Made by a program: the position numbers and the translations under genes. From contig NC_045696.1 in assembly GCF_009834535.1 (NCBI RefSeq), forward strand, positions 42,348,001-42,412,000: DNA of 64,000 nt, written 5' to 3'. The notes under the pieces are model-generated. The model ran no database searches. It was not told where the DNA came from and saw only the letters and a program-made list of their open reading frames with translations. This document shows, one piece after another, positions 61,825-64,000 of the stretch (positions are counted from its first letter, which is position 1; each line of letters starts with the position of its first letter). The DNA comes from Camelus ferus. Taxonomy: Eukaryota.

Positions 61825-63284
61825 CAGAATTAACTCAAAGTAGATTATATATCTAAATGTAAAAGTTAACACTATAGTATTTCTAGAAGAATAAACAGGA
61901 GAAAAATTTCATGACCTTGGAGTAAACAAATTTTTTTACTAGTACAAAAAACCCCATTAGTCATAAACTAACAAAATAATTGATAAGTTAGATTCACGAA
62001 ATTATTTTTTTTTGTTTTTTGAAAGATATTAAGAAAATGTGAATGGGATAATACTTGTAATATATTTATATTTATATGACAAAGGACTTTTATCTAGGCT
62101 ATAACTAACACTTGCTACTTGATAGTGAATTCGTAAACAACCCAACAGAATTTGGCAAAATATTTGAACATACACCTCCCAAAATTGATACATAAATGGC
62201 CAATAAACATATAAAAAGATGCTAAGCATAATTAGTTTCCAGGATAATGAAAATTAAAACCACAATGAGCTATAAATATATATTTCCTGCATTAATAAGA
62301 GGATTTTTTTAATGTGTTGGCAAAGATTTAGAGCAATTGGAAATTGCACTTACTGCTTGTGGGAGAATAAAAATGTATTATTTTGGAAAATATTTTGTAG
62401 ATTCTTGTAAAATGAAGCACACACTTAACATATGACCCCCAAATCCCATTTCTAGGTATTTAACCAAGATAGAAGAAAACATTTTCATACAATGATCTGC
62501 ATAAAAGTAATTATGGCAGCTTGAATTATAATAGCCCCAAACCAAAACACCCAAATGTCAACAGGTAAATGGCTAAACAAATCAAGGCCTGTTACACAAC
62601 TGAATAGTACTCAACAACAAAAAGAACAAAGTAATGATACAAGCAATAGCATAAATGAATGTCAAAAAGTCATACTGAGTAAAAGAATTTAGACAGAAAA
62701 GAATATATACTATATAATTCCATTTATATTAAATTCTAGAAGAGACAAAACTAATTTGTACTGACAACAGATCAGTGCTTTCCGGGGCCATGGGGTTGAC
62801 TTCCAAGGGTTAATAGCAAATGATTTGGGGTGATTGAGATGTTCTGTATCTTCATTATGAGTATGGTGGTTACCTGAGTGTGCACGTTTGTCAAAATTCA
62901 TTATCAATACAATTAAAATCAGTGAATGTTATATTTAAATTTTACTTTAGTAAAATTGATGAAAAATAAGGTCAAATGTTTCATCTTTGACAGAAGGAAC
63001 TTACAAAAACTTCATTTTGATTTCATAATTTGGATGAAATTATTAAACCATTATTGAAATTAATTGATTTACTGCCTGTAGCTTATGGGTAACACTAATA
63101 TATAACTGGCATTTACAAAGTTTTACAGTTCATGGGGCCAGGTCACTAACAGCTATCATTTCACATTTCATAGGTCTACAAAAATAAGTAAAATTAATTT
63201 ATATGCATAATCTTTTGATTTTTATGAAAAGCTATGCTTGATAGAGTGGTAAGGATGTACAGGTTCAAGTATTGTCTTTGAGTG

Positions 63285-64000
63285 ATTCGAGGGATCAGGG
63301 AGTCCTAGAGCAGCCAGTCTGCTTGGTGGTTGGGCCATGTCTTGACCCAGATAGCTGCCTGGCCTTGGGTGTCCAGGACTGGTGCTAACTGGCTGGTATT
63401 TGGGACTGGAATTCAGCACCAGTAAGCTAGAGTGAGGATTCCAAAATGGTGCTTACCAGCACCAGTGTCCTCATGGTGGGGTGAACTCCCCAAAATGACT
63501 GCTGCTTGCTGTCTCCCGAGTGATTTTCAATTGCCTCTTGCCTTTCCTGGAGGCTCTCCAAGATCAGCAAGTGGGTCTGACCCAGGGTCCTTTAAAATGA
63601 CTACTTCTGCCATGGGTCTCAGAATGTGTGAGATTTTGTGTACACCCTTTAAGAACAGAGTTTCTATTTCCCACAGCCCTTTGGTTCTCCAGAAAGTAAG
63701 CTCTGCTGAAACTTCACAGACAAACATTTTGGGGGCTTGTCTTCTTGGTGTGGGACTCTTGAACTGGGGAGGCCAGTGTGGGGTTGGACTTCTCACTCCT
63801 TGGGGAGAACATCTGCCATTTTAATTATCCTTCTCTTTGTGGGTTGCCTACCCATAGTGTGGGTCTTTAACACATCTGTCCCTCCAACCCAACTCATTGT
63901 GGTTCCTTTATATCTTTAGCTGTAGAAGATTTTTTTTGCTAGTCTTCAGGTCACTTTCAAGGATAGCTGCCCTGTAAATAGTTGCAATTTTGGTGTTCCC
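63285..64000 (-). mobile_element. L1 5'UTR region, runs off the window end
   Basis: ggaggctctccaagatcagcaagtgggtctgacccagg...ctcactccttggggagaac...tagttgcaattttggtgt. Confidence 0.8.

Larger units (their letters stand above)
60000..62970 (+). mobile_element. Cluster of old L1 ORF2/3' fragments, mainly plus, with a small minus piece at 60260-60420
   Basis: ataagatcaatatacaaaaatc; gaatgcttttccctaaaatcagaaacaaggcaaggatgcccactc; 3'UTR ending cacgtttgtcaaaattcat. Confidence 0.75.
1..64000 (+). other. SOX6: 5' intronic / alternative-promoter region of a large camelid gene, tentatively SOX6
   Basis: Isolated plus-strand exons with good splice signals (6360-6406; donors after 1084, 7800, 50841). 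MPLMPIT in phase 2 would join the SOX6 common exon, recalled as starting AAGA-ATG, to give MPLMPIT-R-MSSKQ. Recollection only, no database check. Confidence 0.45.

Noticed and set aside
1..64000. A novel multi-gene or prokaryote-style system (CRISPR array, operon, defence island)
   Set aside because: The sequence is mammalian intronic DNA with no regularly spaced repeat-spacer array and no long intact ORFs

Overview
Mammalian genomic DNA, almost certainly camelid (camel, alpaca or llama), judged by a young tRNA-Ala-derived Vic-1-type SINE at ~57.15 kb. The window is AT-rich, has no CpG island and has no multi-exon coding gene body. Roughly half or more is interspersed repeat (L1 of many ages, L2, MIR, MaLR/ERV LTRs, hAT MITEs), often nested. 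The recognisable ORFs in the supplied track are decayed L1; the rest look like chance ORFs. The unique sequence holds a set of plus-strand 5'-type exons: a well-defined 47-nt internal exon at 6360-6406 and candidate first exons ending at 1084, 7800 and 50841. Their splice phases fit the alternative 5' region of one large developmental gene. I tentatively identify it as SOX6 from memory of its N-terminal and 5'UTR variants; this was not verified by search. Best secondary observations: a textbook twin-primed L1 nested in an older L1, one probable and two possible ancient mRNA retrocopies nested in older repeats, a young solo LTR with triplicated U3 repeats, and a triple-hairpin element in unique sequence. 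I found no evidence for a novel biological system. Repeat family names come from recalled consensus sequences, and boundaries of old repeats are approximate.
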